Part shown: one piece after another, positions 8,489-17,334 of the stretch
Layout: the number at the start of each line of letters is the position of its first letter
Numbering within the stretch: the first letter of the stretch is position 1
From: Pseudomonadota bacterium
GTDB taxonomy: Bacteria > Pseudomonadota > Alphaproteobacteria > MPNO01 > UBA2964
Reading direction: 5' to 3'
Assembly: GCA_036336885.1 (NCBI GenBank)
Contig: JAYZFG010000002.1
Location: forward strand, 200 to 64,199
Length of the DNA stretch: 64,000 bases
Made by a program: the position numbers and the translations under genes
Notes under the pieces: model-generated
The model's database searches: none
The model's input: only the letters and a program-made list of their open reading frames with translations
What the model was told of the DNA's origin: nothing

Positions 8489-10123
8489 ATGAGTACTCCG
8501 AAGACATACGATTATATCATTATTGGTGCCGGCTCAGCGGGTTGCACTCTGGCGAACAGACTATCTGAAGACAGCAACTCAACTGTATTGGTAATTGAAG
8601 CCGGCGGCTCAGACTTTGACCCCCTAATTCATATTCCACTGGGATGGGGTAAAATTCTGTTCAATAGACTTCACGACTGGGGCTATTTTACGGAGCCCGA
8701 GCCCGAATTAAACGGCCGCGAAGTTGAATGCGCGCGGGGCAAGGTTATCGGCGGATCCTCATCCATAAATGCTATGGCATATGTTCGCTGTCACCCTGAA
8801 GATTTTGACCGATGGGAAAACATGGGACTGTCGGGGTGGTCTTACGCTCATGTCCTGCCATACTTCAAACGGTCTGAAGACTGGCAAGCCGGAGAGACTG
8901 ATATTCGCGGTAGTGGGGGGCCGTTAACGACCATCAAGAATATTTATCCCGATCCACTTAAGGAAGCCTGGCTTGAAGCTGGGCTGGCTGCAGGCTATCC
9001 GGTTACTGATGACTACAATACAATTAACGAAGGCTTTTGCGTCATGCAGTCAACAATTCGCAAAGGTAGGCGTTGCAGCGCAGCCGTGGCCTACTTACGC
9101 CCGGCTGTTCGTAGGCCAAATGTCACAGTTGTAAATAAAGCAATGGCTCTTGGTATTCTTGCGGAAAAGGGACGCGCCGTCGGCATAAGATATTCCCGGA
9201 ACGGACAGGCAAAAACCGTGAGCGCCGAGAGGGAAATCATTCTATCCGGCGGAGTAATCAACTCTCCCCAATTGCTAATGCTTTCGGGCATCGGCAACCC
9301 TGAACACCTAAAAGAACATGATATTGAATGTATCAACCCGCTTCCCGGTGTCGGTCAAAATTTACAGGATCATATTGGTGTCGGAATTGAATATGAACGC
9401 ATCCAAGATGGTCCCTTTGTCGGAAAGCTAAGGTATGACCGTATCGCCCTTGCAATGCTCCGTGCTTACTTTTTAGGAGACGGGTTTGCAACTGAAATGC
9501 CAGGCCCCATAATGGCCTTTCTGAAAAGCAATGAAGCTTTGGACCAACCAGATATCCAATTATTAACACGGTTCATTCCGCCAGAATCACAACCCTGGTT
9601 TCCGGGTATTCGTAAAAAACCCAAGGATGCGTTCATGTGTCGACCAGCCGTCCTACACCCGGAAAGCCGCGGTGAACTCAAGTTGAAGTCAGGTGACCCG
9701 AGGGCAAAACCAGCCATTCACCAGAATTTTCTGACCGAGGAAAAAGATTGGGAAACTCTAAGGACCGGGTTTCATATTGTTCGGGACGTCGCAAACCAAA
9801 AACCATTGGACCCATTTCGTGGGGCAGAAATACAACCGGGGCCGGGTGTCGCCGCTAAAGCAGATATTGATGCTTACATTAGACAAACGGCCTGGACGGT
9901 CCATCACCCAGCGGGAACCTGCAAAATGGGTCTTGAAAGCGATGAAATGGCGGTCGTCGACAATGAATTTCGACTTCGGGGAATCGAAGGCCTTCGTGTA
10001 ATTGATGCCTCAGTGTTGCCAGATATGCCGGGCGGTAATATTAACGCCCCCGTAATTATGATGGCCGAAAAAGCCTCAGACATAATTAAGGGCAAGACAC
10101 CCCTTCCCCCTGCCCAGTTATAA
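8489..10123 (+). CDS. GMC-family FAD oxidoreductase (choline/alcohol dehydrogenase-like)
   Basis: N-terminal YDYIIIGAGSAGCTLANRLSED and C-terminal HHPAGTCKMG and NINAPVIMMAEKASD. 544 aa. Confidence 0.9.
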   Translation: MSTPKTYDYIIIGAGSAGCTLANRLSEDSNSTVLVIEAGGSDFDPLIHIPLGWGKILFNRLHDWGYFTEPEPELNGREVECARGKVIGGSSSINAMAYVRCHPEDFDRWENMGLSGWSYAHVLPYFKRSEDWQAGETDIRGSGGPLTTIKNIYPDPLKEAWLEAGLAAGYPVTDDYNTINEGFCVMQSTIRKGRRCSAAVAYLRPAVRRPNVTVVNKAMALGILAEKGRAVGIRYSRNGQAKTVSAEREIILSGGVINSPQLLMLSGIGNPEHLKEHDIECINPLPGVGQNLQDHIGVGIEYERIQDGPFVGKLRYDRIALAMLRAYFLGDGFATEMPGPIMAFLKSNEALDQPDIQLLTRFIPPESQPWFPGIRKKPKDAFMCRPAVLHPESRGELKLKSGDPRAKPAIHQNFLTEEKDWETLRTGFHIVRDVANQKPLDPFRGAEIQPGPGVAAKADIDAYIRQTAWTVHHPAGTCKMGLESDEMAVVDNEFRLRGIEGLRVIDASVLPDMPGGNINAPVIMMAEKASDIIKGKTPLPPAQL

Positions 10124-10183
10124 TATCTGCTCGAAAATTTTCGCAAAACATCAGAGTATTAATCTTTGGCAGTTTATGCTCCC

Positions 10184-11269
10184 TCACCCCGCGTATGGCG
10201 ACTTAACACGCCCACCAATTTCATCTGAGTCTGATCGATAGCGATAGGCACGGAAGAGCGAATTTCCAGACCCGCCGCGCTCAAGACCAAACCAGTTATA
10301 ACCACCGAAAAAAGGTGAGACATACTCCCACACGATCTCTTGCTCCGGCGTTACCTCAAAAACGCGACCCATCTGCCCCTCACAAATCAGTGTGTTCCCA
10401 GACCATAATCTTTGGGCTCCTGAAATATTGGGGCTGAAGAATGTCCAGGTAGGCTGCCCCCGATAATCCCAAACTTCCTCACCAGTTTCCGGATTTAACT
10501 CAATCACGCGCGAAAACGGATTTAAGGGCGTATAAATTCCATTCGCAAAAAATAATAAGTTACCGTTGTCTAACATTTGAACATCGTGAGTGGTTCCCCA
10601 CATGATATCTTTTTTCAACCAACGAAATTTTTTAGTTGTGCGGTCGATGATTGCCAATGTATGCGTCCGCCTAAAACTTACAAGGACGTCACCGTTGTCT
10701 AATGGAAAGCAAGCGTTTGCATGTGCAAATTCCTGACGATCGCAAACCTCAATGAGTGGGTGTTCCTCAATTTCCTCATCAAGATGAAAATGCCATTCCC
10801 AGACCGTCTCGCCTTGTGGGTTAACTTCCCGGATGTAGTCGCCATAGATAATTCCGTCATGCTCACTGTCTGGAATTCCGCCGACTACACGATCGGCATA
10901 CTCTTCTGGCAATGGCTCCCACCCAAGATAAATTGTATTTCCGTTGGGACACCGCCGAAAGTCATGATGTTGTCCGTGGTCTTCATATTCCCACAGAATA
11001 TTCCCTTCCCAGTCATATTCGCGCATTAGGCCGCCCTTACCCCGTCTTAATGGCGGTCCCTCCGTGGTTCTACCCGACCACAGTAGATTGCCGCTGGGTA
11101 GTAAATAGGCGTAATTACCTGGTGTTAAAGGAAAATTCCATTTATGCAGAACCTCACCCCGCAAACCTATGATATAGGCCTCCTTGCTAACCAACGGGAC
11201 AATCAGAGTGTACCCATCGGTCGCCTTTTTCTCATTATATAGTAGAGTACCCGTTTCTCGATGCCGCAT
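10184..11269 (-). CDS. Beta-propeller protein of the arylsulfotransferase (ASST)-like family, no signal peptide
   Basis: 361 aa with repeated G-x-h-h-W blades (GNLLWSG, GNILWEY, GETVWEW, GEEVWDY, QEIVWEY) and HHD/THD motifs. The assignment is by resemblance only. Confidence 0.5.
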   Translation of the reverse strand: MRHRETGTLLYNEKKATDGYTLIVPLVSKEAYIIGLRGEVLHKWNFPLTPGNYAYLLPSGNLLWSGRTTEGPPLRRGKGGLMREYDWEGNILWEYEDHGQHHDFRRCPNGNTIYLGWEPLPEEYADRVVGGIPDSEHDGIIYGDYIREVNPQGETVWEWHFHLDEEIEEHPLIEVCDRQEFAHANACFPLDNGDVLVSFRRTHTLAIIDRTTKKFRWLKKDIMWGTTHDVQMLDNGNLLFFANGIYTPLNPFSRVIELNPETGEEVWDYRGQPTWTFFSPNISGAQRLWSGNTLICEGQMGRVFEVTPEQEIVWEYVSPFFGGYNWFGLERGGSGNSLFRAYRYRSDSDEIGGRVKSPYAG

Positions 11270-11386
11270 AGTTAAAATTCACCCTCTATGTTTTTATTCG
11301 ATTACGCTTAACATTAATATAGCACAACTAGCCCTAAACACTCACAATAACACTATTCCTATAGCGAGAAAGAAAAGGTCTAAAAT

Positions 11387-12157
11387 ATGCAAAAGAAAAA
11401 CCTCGTAGATTTTTCAATAAGTCCACAGGAAGTTGAATTTCCCGGCAATAAGGGAAGTTTAAAAGGGTATTTATTTTTACCGCCAGGTGATGGGCCTTTT
11501 CCATGCGTCATCGACAACCACGGAAGTGCGACGCCACCAGGCACAACCGATTTATCGCACCCTCAAACAGCTGCGTTATTCATGAGTTGGGGTTTTGCAT
11601 ACCTATTTCCTCACAGGTCTGGTTACGGCAACTCACCGGGAATTGCACTTAGCGAGGAAGTGCCAGCTCCTCGGGGTACAGCTGAGCACGACGAGCAGAT
11701 GTCCGAACGTTTAAAGAAAGAAAATATAGATGTCCTTGCCGCACTGGAGTATGTCAATAATTTGGAATTGATTGATAGTTCTCGTGTCGTCTCAATGGGA
11801 AGCTCTTTGGGTGGTATTCATACCCTTCTCGCACTTGCGGCAGATAGTCGTTGGAGTTGCGGAATAGACTTCTCGGGTGGTGCAAGCCAATGGGAAAATC
11901 ATCCTCAAATTAAACAAATGCTTCTTAATGCAGCTGCAATAGTCACCCAACCCCTATACCTAGCCCAAGCAGAAAACGACTTTAATATTGCGCCGACAAA
12001 AGAAATTAGCGAAGTTCTAAAAGGCCGTGGCCACCCTCATGAGGCCAAAATTTTCCCGGCATGGGGGGTTGCAGGCCCTGAAGCCCATCGCTTTTGCGCC
12101 GCAGGTCAACAAATTTGGGGGCCTTTTATTCAACAGTTTTTGAAAAATTATTTATAA
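11387..12157 (+). CDS. Dienelactone hydrolase-family / S9-like alpha/beta hydrolase
   Basis: 256 aa with nucleophile motif MGSSLGG and a DLH-like N-terminus (GYLFLPPGDGPFPCVI). Confidence 0.6.
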   Translation: MQKKNLVDFSISPQEVEFPGNKGSLKGYLFLPPGDGPFPCVIDNHGSATPPGTTDLSHPQTAALFMSWGFAYLFPHRSGYGNSPGIALSEEVPAPRGTAEHDEQMSERLKKENIDVLAALEYVNNLELIDSSRVVSMGSSLGGIHTLLALAADSRWSCGIDFSGGASQWENHPQIKQMLLNAAAIVTQPLYLAQAENDFNIAPTKEISEVLKGRGHPHEAKIFPAWGVAGPEAHRFCAAGQQIWGPFIQQFLKNYL

Positions 12158-12160
12158 ACC

Positions 12161-13057
12161 ATGTCAAAAATGCTTCCTTATGCGTTACCGCCTGACCCAA
12201 ATACGAAGGCCCCATCCTTTAAGGTACCAGAAAAAGCTTGTGATACTCATTTTCATATCTTCGGCCCCCCGGATAGGTTTCCGTTTACCGAGACAAGGCG
12301 ATATACCCCTCCTGGCGGACCCATAGAGCACTACCAAAATGTGCAACGCTTGACTGGTCTCACGCGTGGTATTGCAGTACAACCAACCGCGCATGGCCTA
12401 GATAATTCAGCAATTCTCGATGCAGTTGCGAAGTCAAAAGGTAATATGCGTGCTGTTGTCAGATTTAATGATAAAACTACTGACTACGAACTAGAATCTT
12501 TGAATAATGCCGGTGCTCGAGCTGCACGGTTCTCTCTAATGTCCGACCGTCCCGGCAATGCAGAAATGATCAAACATGCCATTCCACGTATGGAGAAACT
12601 TGGCTGGTCTTTGGTACTCCACGTTGAAACAGACCATTTCCTCGCCCACGAGGACTTCATACGAAAAATTCCTATTCCTACTGTAATTGACCATTTGGCG
12701 AGATGTAACCCCAAAGAAGGGTTGGACCAACCCGCCTTCAAACTATTACTTAATTTGCTTAAGGACGATCGGTTTTGGGTGAAAATTTGTAGCGTTGATA
12801 AGATAAGCGAACTTAACCAGGCCCGCGTTGCAACTGGACTGCCTTTCAAAGATGTTATCCCCTTTGGCCAAGCCGCCATTGATGCAGCACCAGATCGTAC
12901 GATTTGGGGGACCGACTGGCCCCATGGGAATACTTTTGAACCCGGACATATTCCCAATGAAGGTGATTTACTTGATCTAATAGCGGAAATGGCCGACACC
13001 CAATCGCAACTTCACAAAATCCTCGTTGATAACCCAGATCGCCTATACTTCAGTTGA
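12161..13057 (+). CDS. Amidohydrolase_2 family lactonase-type hydrolase (LigI / COG3618-like)
   Basis: N-terminal metal ligands CDTHFHIF and C-terminal WGTDWPH. Starts 3 nt after the previous gene. Confidence 0.72.
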   Translation: MSKMLPYALPPDPNTKAPSFKVPEKACDTHFHIFGPPDRFPFTETRRYTPPGGPIEHYQNVQRLTGLTRGIAVQPTAHGLDNSAILDAVAKSKGNMRAVVRFNDKTTDYELESLNNAGARAARFSLMSDRPGNAEMIKHAIPRMEKLGWSLVLHVETDHFLAHEDFIRKIPIPTVIDHLARCNPKEGLDQPAFKLLLNLLKDDRFWVKICSVDKISELNQARVATGLPFKDVIPFGQAAIDAAPDRTIWGTDWPHGNTFEPGHIPNEGDLLDLIAEMADTQSQLHKILVDNPDRLYFS

Positions 13058-13099
13058 ATACTGATTGACGTCAGGTCGCTTAAATATCATTTTCACAAT

Positions 13100-14371
13100 A
13101 TGCCGTGGTTATGCCGAGACTGCTTAGAGACCGGGCCGTCAGGTGATGGCGTCGTGACTCTCTGCCCGGATTGCAACTCAACGCGAGTTATCCTGCATGA
13201 CGAGTTAGAAAAACTTTCAATCGCCCACATCGACTGCGACGCATTTTATGCGGCTGTCGAGAATCGCGATAACCCCCTATTAAATGGGCAACCCGTTTTA
13301 GTTGGTGGGAACGGAAGCAGAAGTGTAGTTATGGCCGCAAGTTATGAGGCACGGGAATTTGGTTGTAGATCGGCGATGCCAATGTTTAAAGCTAAACGAC
13401 TTTGCCCACAGGCCGTTATCGTGCAACCCGACATGGAGAAATACACCAGAGCCGCGGACTCTATACGTATTCTGATGCGAGACACAACTCCACTCGTCGA
13501 GCCCATTTCAATAGATGAGGCTTTTCTTGATCTGTCGGGCACCGAAAAGCTCCATGCAGGGTCCCCGGCCCGGACCCTTGTAAATTTAGTAAAGAGAATT
13601 GAAAAAGATGTCGGGGTAACCGCTACAGTTGGATTAAGTCATAATAAGTTTCTTGCTAAGATCGCATCAGATTTGGACAAACCTCGTGGTTTTTCACTTA
13701 TTGGTAAAAATGAAACCCTCGACTTTTTGGATCAGTTACCAATTTCGAAAATTTGGGGTGTCGGTAAAAGGCTACAAAAAGCACTTAACGATGATGGCTT
13801 TAGTAACATCGGTAGTCTTCGTCCTTACTCAGAAGCTAATTTAGTCAGACGATATGGCGCCATTGGGACCCGCTTATCAAATTTCTCACACGGCGAAGAC
13901 AATCGCAGGGTTAACCCAAGGGAAAAACGCAAAAGTATTTCTTCAGAGACTACATTTTCTAATGATATTTTCTCCGCCGAAGAACTGATAAAAAGATTAT
14001 GGCCACTTGCAGAAAAAGTCGCGGCAAGAGCCAAGAGGTCAAATCTCTCGGCGCGTATCGTTACCGTTAAGTTTAAAACCAAGGACTTTAAAATTCGTAC
14101 GAGGCGTAAAACGCTGGTTAGCCCTACAAAGCTTGCAGAAATTATCTGGCGAACGGGGGCGCTGCTTGTTCAAAGAGAAGCCAAAGGGTTACATTACAGA
14201 TTAATTGGAATAGGTATCAGCGATTTTTTTCCAGCTGAGAATGCAGATCCCATTGATTTATCTGACCCAGAAAGCCAACGTATCAAAGCTATTGAAGAAA
14301 CCATAGACACGGTTCGAGAACGCTTTGGAAGCAATGTGATCAAAAAAGGACGCGATCTAAAATTGCGTTAA
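13100..14371 (+). CDS. dinB: DNA polymerase IV (Y-family) with N-terminal CxxC...CxxC extension
   Basis: IAHIDCDAFYAAVE, SIDEAFLDL and HNKFLAKIASD. N-terminus is CRDC...CPDC. Confidence 0.9.
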   Translation: MPWLCRDCLETGPSGDGVVTLCPDCNSTRVILHDELEKLSIAHIDCDAFYAAVENRDNPLLNGQPVLVGGNGSRSVVMAASYEAREFGCRSAMPMFKAKRLCPQAVIVQPDMEKYTRAADSIRILMRDTTPLVEPISIDEAFLDLSGTEKLHAGSPARTLVNLVKRIEKDVGVTATVGLSHNKFLAKIASDLDKPRGFSLIGKNETLDFLDQLPISKIWGVGKRLQKALNDDGFSNIGSLRPYSEANLVRRYGAIGTRLSNFSHGEDNRRVNPREKRKSISSETTFSNDIFSAEELIKRLWPLAEKVAARAKRSNLSARIVTVKFKTKDFKIRTRRKTLVSPTKLAEIIWRTGALLVQREAKGLHYRLIGIGISDFFPAENADPIDLSDPESQRIKAIEETIDTVRERFGSNVIKKGRDLKLR

Positions 14372-14442
14372 ATTAGAATGGGCGAGTCGCCTTAATTAGC
14401 GCTACCCTATGCCCCTATATGCCGTTAAGTCAGGAGCGTTAA

Positions 14443-15021
14443 ATGCCAATACGATCTATAGGTTTTTTGCGGTTATTGATTAGAGCCTTTATTTTTACCT
14501 ATTTTCTCACACCCGTATTTGCGCAAGCTCAAACCAATGAAACATACAGCCAGGATGAAATCGTAGAAAAAGCAGTCGGCTTTTTTGGTAGCGCCACCGC
14601 GGGAATTGGAAAAGGTATTGAAAAAATATTCTTAGATCTCGGCAGCCCTAACGGTATCATTGAGGGTGAGGAATTTGGCGGAGCATTTTTCGTTGGGCTT
14701 CGATATGGTAAGGGCGTGCTCAAAAAGAAAAGTTCGGGCAGTCACACTGTATACTGGCAAGGGCCATCCGTAGGATTTGATTTTGGCGGCAATGCATCAA
14801 AGGTTTTTACCCTTGTATATCACCTAAACAAGCCAGGCGATATATATCGGCGATTTCCTGGTATTGATGGAAGCCTCTATTATGTGGCAGGTATCAGCCT
14901 TAACTACCAGCAAGCTGGCAACGTAATTCTTGCTCCTATCAGAACCGGTGTCGGTATGAGAGCCGGCGCTAATGTCGGCTATCTGCATTATAGTCAAGAC
15001 CACAGTTGGTTGCCGTTTTAA
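14443..15021 (+). CDS. DUF1134 (EipA-like) periplasmic protein
   Basis: 192 aa with a signal peptide ending FAQAQ. The glycine-rich beta region WQGPSVGFDFGG...GVGMRAGANVGYLHY is typical of DUF1134. Confidence 0.65.
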   Translation: MPIRSIGFLRLLIRAFIFTYFLTPVFAQAQTNETYSQDEIVEKAVGFFGSATAGIGKGIEKIFLDLGSPNGIIEGEEFGGAFFVGLRYGKGVLKKKSSGSHTVYWQGPSVGFDFGGNASKVFTLVYHLNKPGDIYRRFPGIDGSLYYVAGISLNYQQAGNVILAPIRTGVGMRAGANVGYLHYSQDHSWLPF

Positions 15022-15030
15022 TCACCCTCT

Positions 15031-16725
15031 TTAGCAACAATTAGACGTCAGCCCGCCATCAACAATAATCTCGGTCGCCGTTACATAGCGAGCCTGATCA
15101 CTGGCCAAATAAAATACGGCTTGCGCAACGTCCATGGCCTCACCCATACGACCCAATGGCACCGACTTTGCCCGCCGTTCAAATACATTTCTTAACTTGT
15201 CAGGGTCACCCGACCTTTCGCCCTGCCGGACCTCAGTCATTGGTGTATGAATTTTTCCGGGTATAACACAATTAGACCGTATACCTTTTCTTGCAAATTC
15301 TAGTGCTAAACCACGTGAGAATCGGATTAATCCGCCCTTTCCAGTTTGATAGGAGTTCATCGGATGCTCCGGAACACTTATACCTGCGGTAGAAGCCGTA
15401 TGGATAATAGAGCCTCCACCCTGACGTTCCATGATTGGAATTACCTCTCTACTCGCCAAGAATGATGGTTTAACGTTAAAAAGCACATTGTCGCACCAAG
15501 TATCAACATCCATGGATAATGGCCCTTCCTGTCCCGCTGAACCACCGACATTATTGTGTAATATGTCAATACTCCCGAAACATTCTACGCATCGGGCCAC
15601 CATGGCCGCGACTTCATCAGTAGATGTTGCATTGGCCTCATGAACTTCACAGTTTCCTCCTTCTACCGTAATGAGCCCTTTGGTCTCTTGCACTGCTTCC
15701 AGATTTTGATCCACAGCAAAAACTCTAGCTCCTTTACGGGCCAACAATAAAGCGGATGCCTTGCCATTCCCCATTCCGGGGCCGAGTGAGCCCGCTCCGA
15801 CAACTAGCGCTGTTTTGCCAACTAATGGTTCTCCCTTTAACGGTTCTGACCTGGCTTCTGGACTAGTAAATTTGATCACACGACCCTCGCAAGGCTCACG
15901 CCAGTTAAGGGGACGACCTGCTGTGATCCCGCCATCTACAATTATTTCGGTTGCGGTAATATATTTAGATTCATCTGATGCCAAAAAAACTGCAGCCCAG
16001 GCCGTATCCCAAGCGTCTCCCATATACCCGATGGGAATCATTCGATGGCGCTCATCTAATGCTGCTTGACGAGTTTCAGGTGTATCATAGGTTTTATTGA
16101 TCCTATCCATAACTAGTGGCGTCGCCATTAAACCCGGCAAAATGCAGTTTGACCGTACACCATATCTGGCCCATTGGGATCCGACTGAACGCGAAAGCTG
16201 TATCAATGCGGCCTTTCCAGCCTGGTAGGCAACAAGGCTTCTTTCCAAATTCTTAATACCCGCAATTGAAGCTACGTTGACGACGGCACCTCCACCCCCG
16301 TTAGCTATTACCGGTAAAACATGTTTATTGGTTATAAAGGCCGAATCTAAATTAACAGCCATATTCTTTTTCCAAACATTAATAGGCATTTCAACTGGGT
16401 CACCGAGGGCTGCCGCGCCCACGTTATTATGTAAAATATCAATGCCACCAAAATTCTTAACACAATTCTCGACTATTTTAGCAACAGTTTTGCTGTCAGT
16501 TACATCGGCAATGCCACATTCTACCTCTCCGCCCTCTTCCTCGATCAGATGACGTGTTTCCTCTACCGCGTCCCGGTTGATATCCACTGCGAAAATCTTG
16601 GCACCTTCACGGGCAAATAATACCGCAGCAGCTTTCCCGTTGCCCCACCCCTGACCCCGGGAGCCCGCACCAAAAACTATAGCAGTTTTACCCCTAAGAC
16701 GATCGGCCATGACGTTTCCTCTCAA
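15031..16725 (-). CDS. Fusion of two complete short-chain dehydrogenase/reductase (SDR) domains
   Basis: 564 aa. Each half has a Rossmann motif (GAGSRGQGWGNGKA / GAGSLGPGMGNGKA), NNVG, a catalytic Ser, YxxxK (YQAGK / YQTGK) and ends TATEIIVDGG. Confidence 0.85.
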   Translation of the reverse strand: MRGNVMADRLRGKTAIVFGAGSRGQGWGNGKAAAVLFAREGAKIFAVDINRDAVEETRHLIEEEGGEVECGIADVTDSKTVAKIVENCVKNFGGIDILHNNVGAAALGDPVEMPINVWKKNMAVNLDSAFITNKHVLPVIANGGGGAVVNVASIAGIKNLERSLVAYQAGKAALIQLSRSVGSQWARYGVRSNCILPGLMATPLVMDRINKTYDTPETRQAALDERHRMIPIGYMGDAWDTAWAAVFLASDESKYITATEIIVDGGITAGRPLNWREPCEGRVIKFTSPEARSEPLKGEPLVGKTALVVGAGSLGPGMGNGKASALLLARKGARVFAVDQNLEAVQETKGLITVEGGNCEVHEANATSTDEVAAMVARCVECFGSIDILHNNVGGSAGQEGPLSMDVDTWCDNVLFNVKPSFLASREVIPIMERQGGGSIIHTASTAGISVPEHPMNSYQTGKGGLIRFSRGLALEFARKGIRSNCVIPGKIHTPMTEVRQGERSGDPDKLRNVFERRAKSVPLGRMGEAMDVAQAVFYLASDQARYVTATEIIVDGGLTSNCC

Positions 16726-16897
16726 TTAAATATTTATCCCAATAACATAGAACGTGTCCGATCATTCGAACAATAGAAAGGCTTCGGGATAAACGTTTCG
16801 AGACAAGTCAAATTTATCAAAGGAAATAGATTGATTGTCTGGGATAAGTTACCATATAAACAGCATTAGTTTTTGTTACTAAAAATGCGTTAAAATA

Positions 16898-17326
16898 GTG
16901 CGTATAACCCGATATATCACCGCAATTAGTCTCACTTTCACTTTAATCTTTGCTAACAATGTTGCGATTGCTATGAGTGAATCAGAGCTTGGTAAACGGG
17001 TCTTCAATAAGTGTCGCTCGTGCCACTCACTTACTTCAGGGGTTAGCAAAATTGGCCCCAGTTTACATGGGTTATTTAATAGGCGGGCAGGCACGTGGCG
17101 TAAAAAGAATGGTAAATTATATCGGTATTCCAATTCCATAAAAATTGCTGGCAAGGGTATTCCAGTAAAAAAAGTTCCACCTTTGGTTTGGAATGAGAAA
17201 ACCCTCAGTAAATTTATCAGGGCACCTAAGAAATACCTACCAGGAAACAAAATGAGTTTTCCGGGGTTAAAGAAATCTCGGGACATAGAGTCGCTAATTA
17301 TTTTTCTAAAAACTGCAACCAAATAA
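16898..17326 (+). CDS. Class I c-type cytochrome (c2/c550-like)
   Basis: Signal-like N-terminus, heme motif CRSCHS and distal Met in LPGNKMSFPGL. GTG start. Confidence 0.8.
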   Translation: MRITRYITAISLTFTLIFANNVAIAMSESELGKRVFNKCRSCHSLTSGVSKIGPSLHGLFNRRAGTWRKKNGKLYRYSNSIKIAGKGIPVKKVPPLVWNEKTLSKFIRAPKKYLPGNKMSFPGLKKSRDIESLIIFLKTATK

Positions 17327-17334
17327 AATGATGT

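Noticed and set aside
12484-12999. 171-aa ORF antisense to the amidohydrolase gene, and similar shadow ORFs at 44488-44892, 54421-54762 and 1605-2081
   Set aside because: All are embedded in confidently identified sense genes and lack motifs or start-site signals.
13058-13099. Looked for an alphaproteobacterial SOS box (GTTC-N7-GTTC) upstream of dinB; noticed TGACGTCA at 13066-13073
   Set aside because: No GTTC direct repeat is present. The 8-bp palindrome alone is not a known LexA site in this group.
16879-17322. 147-aa ORF mirroring the cytochrome c gene on the opposite strand
   Set aside because: The plus-strand frame has a signal sequence, a CxxCH heme motif and the distal Met. The minus frame has no motif, so only the plus-strand gene is called.
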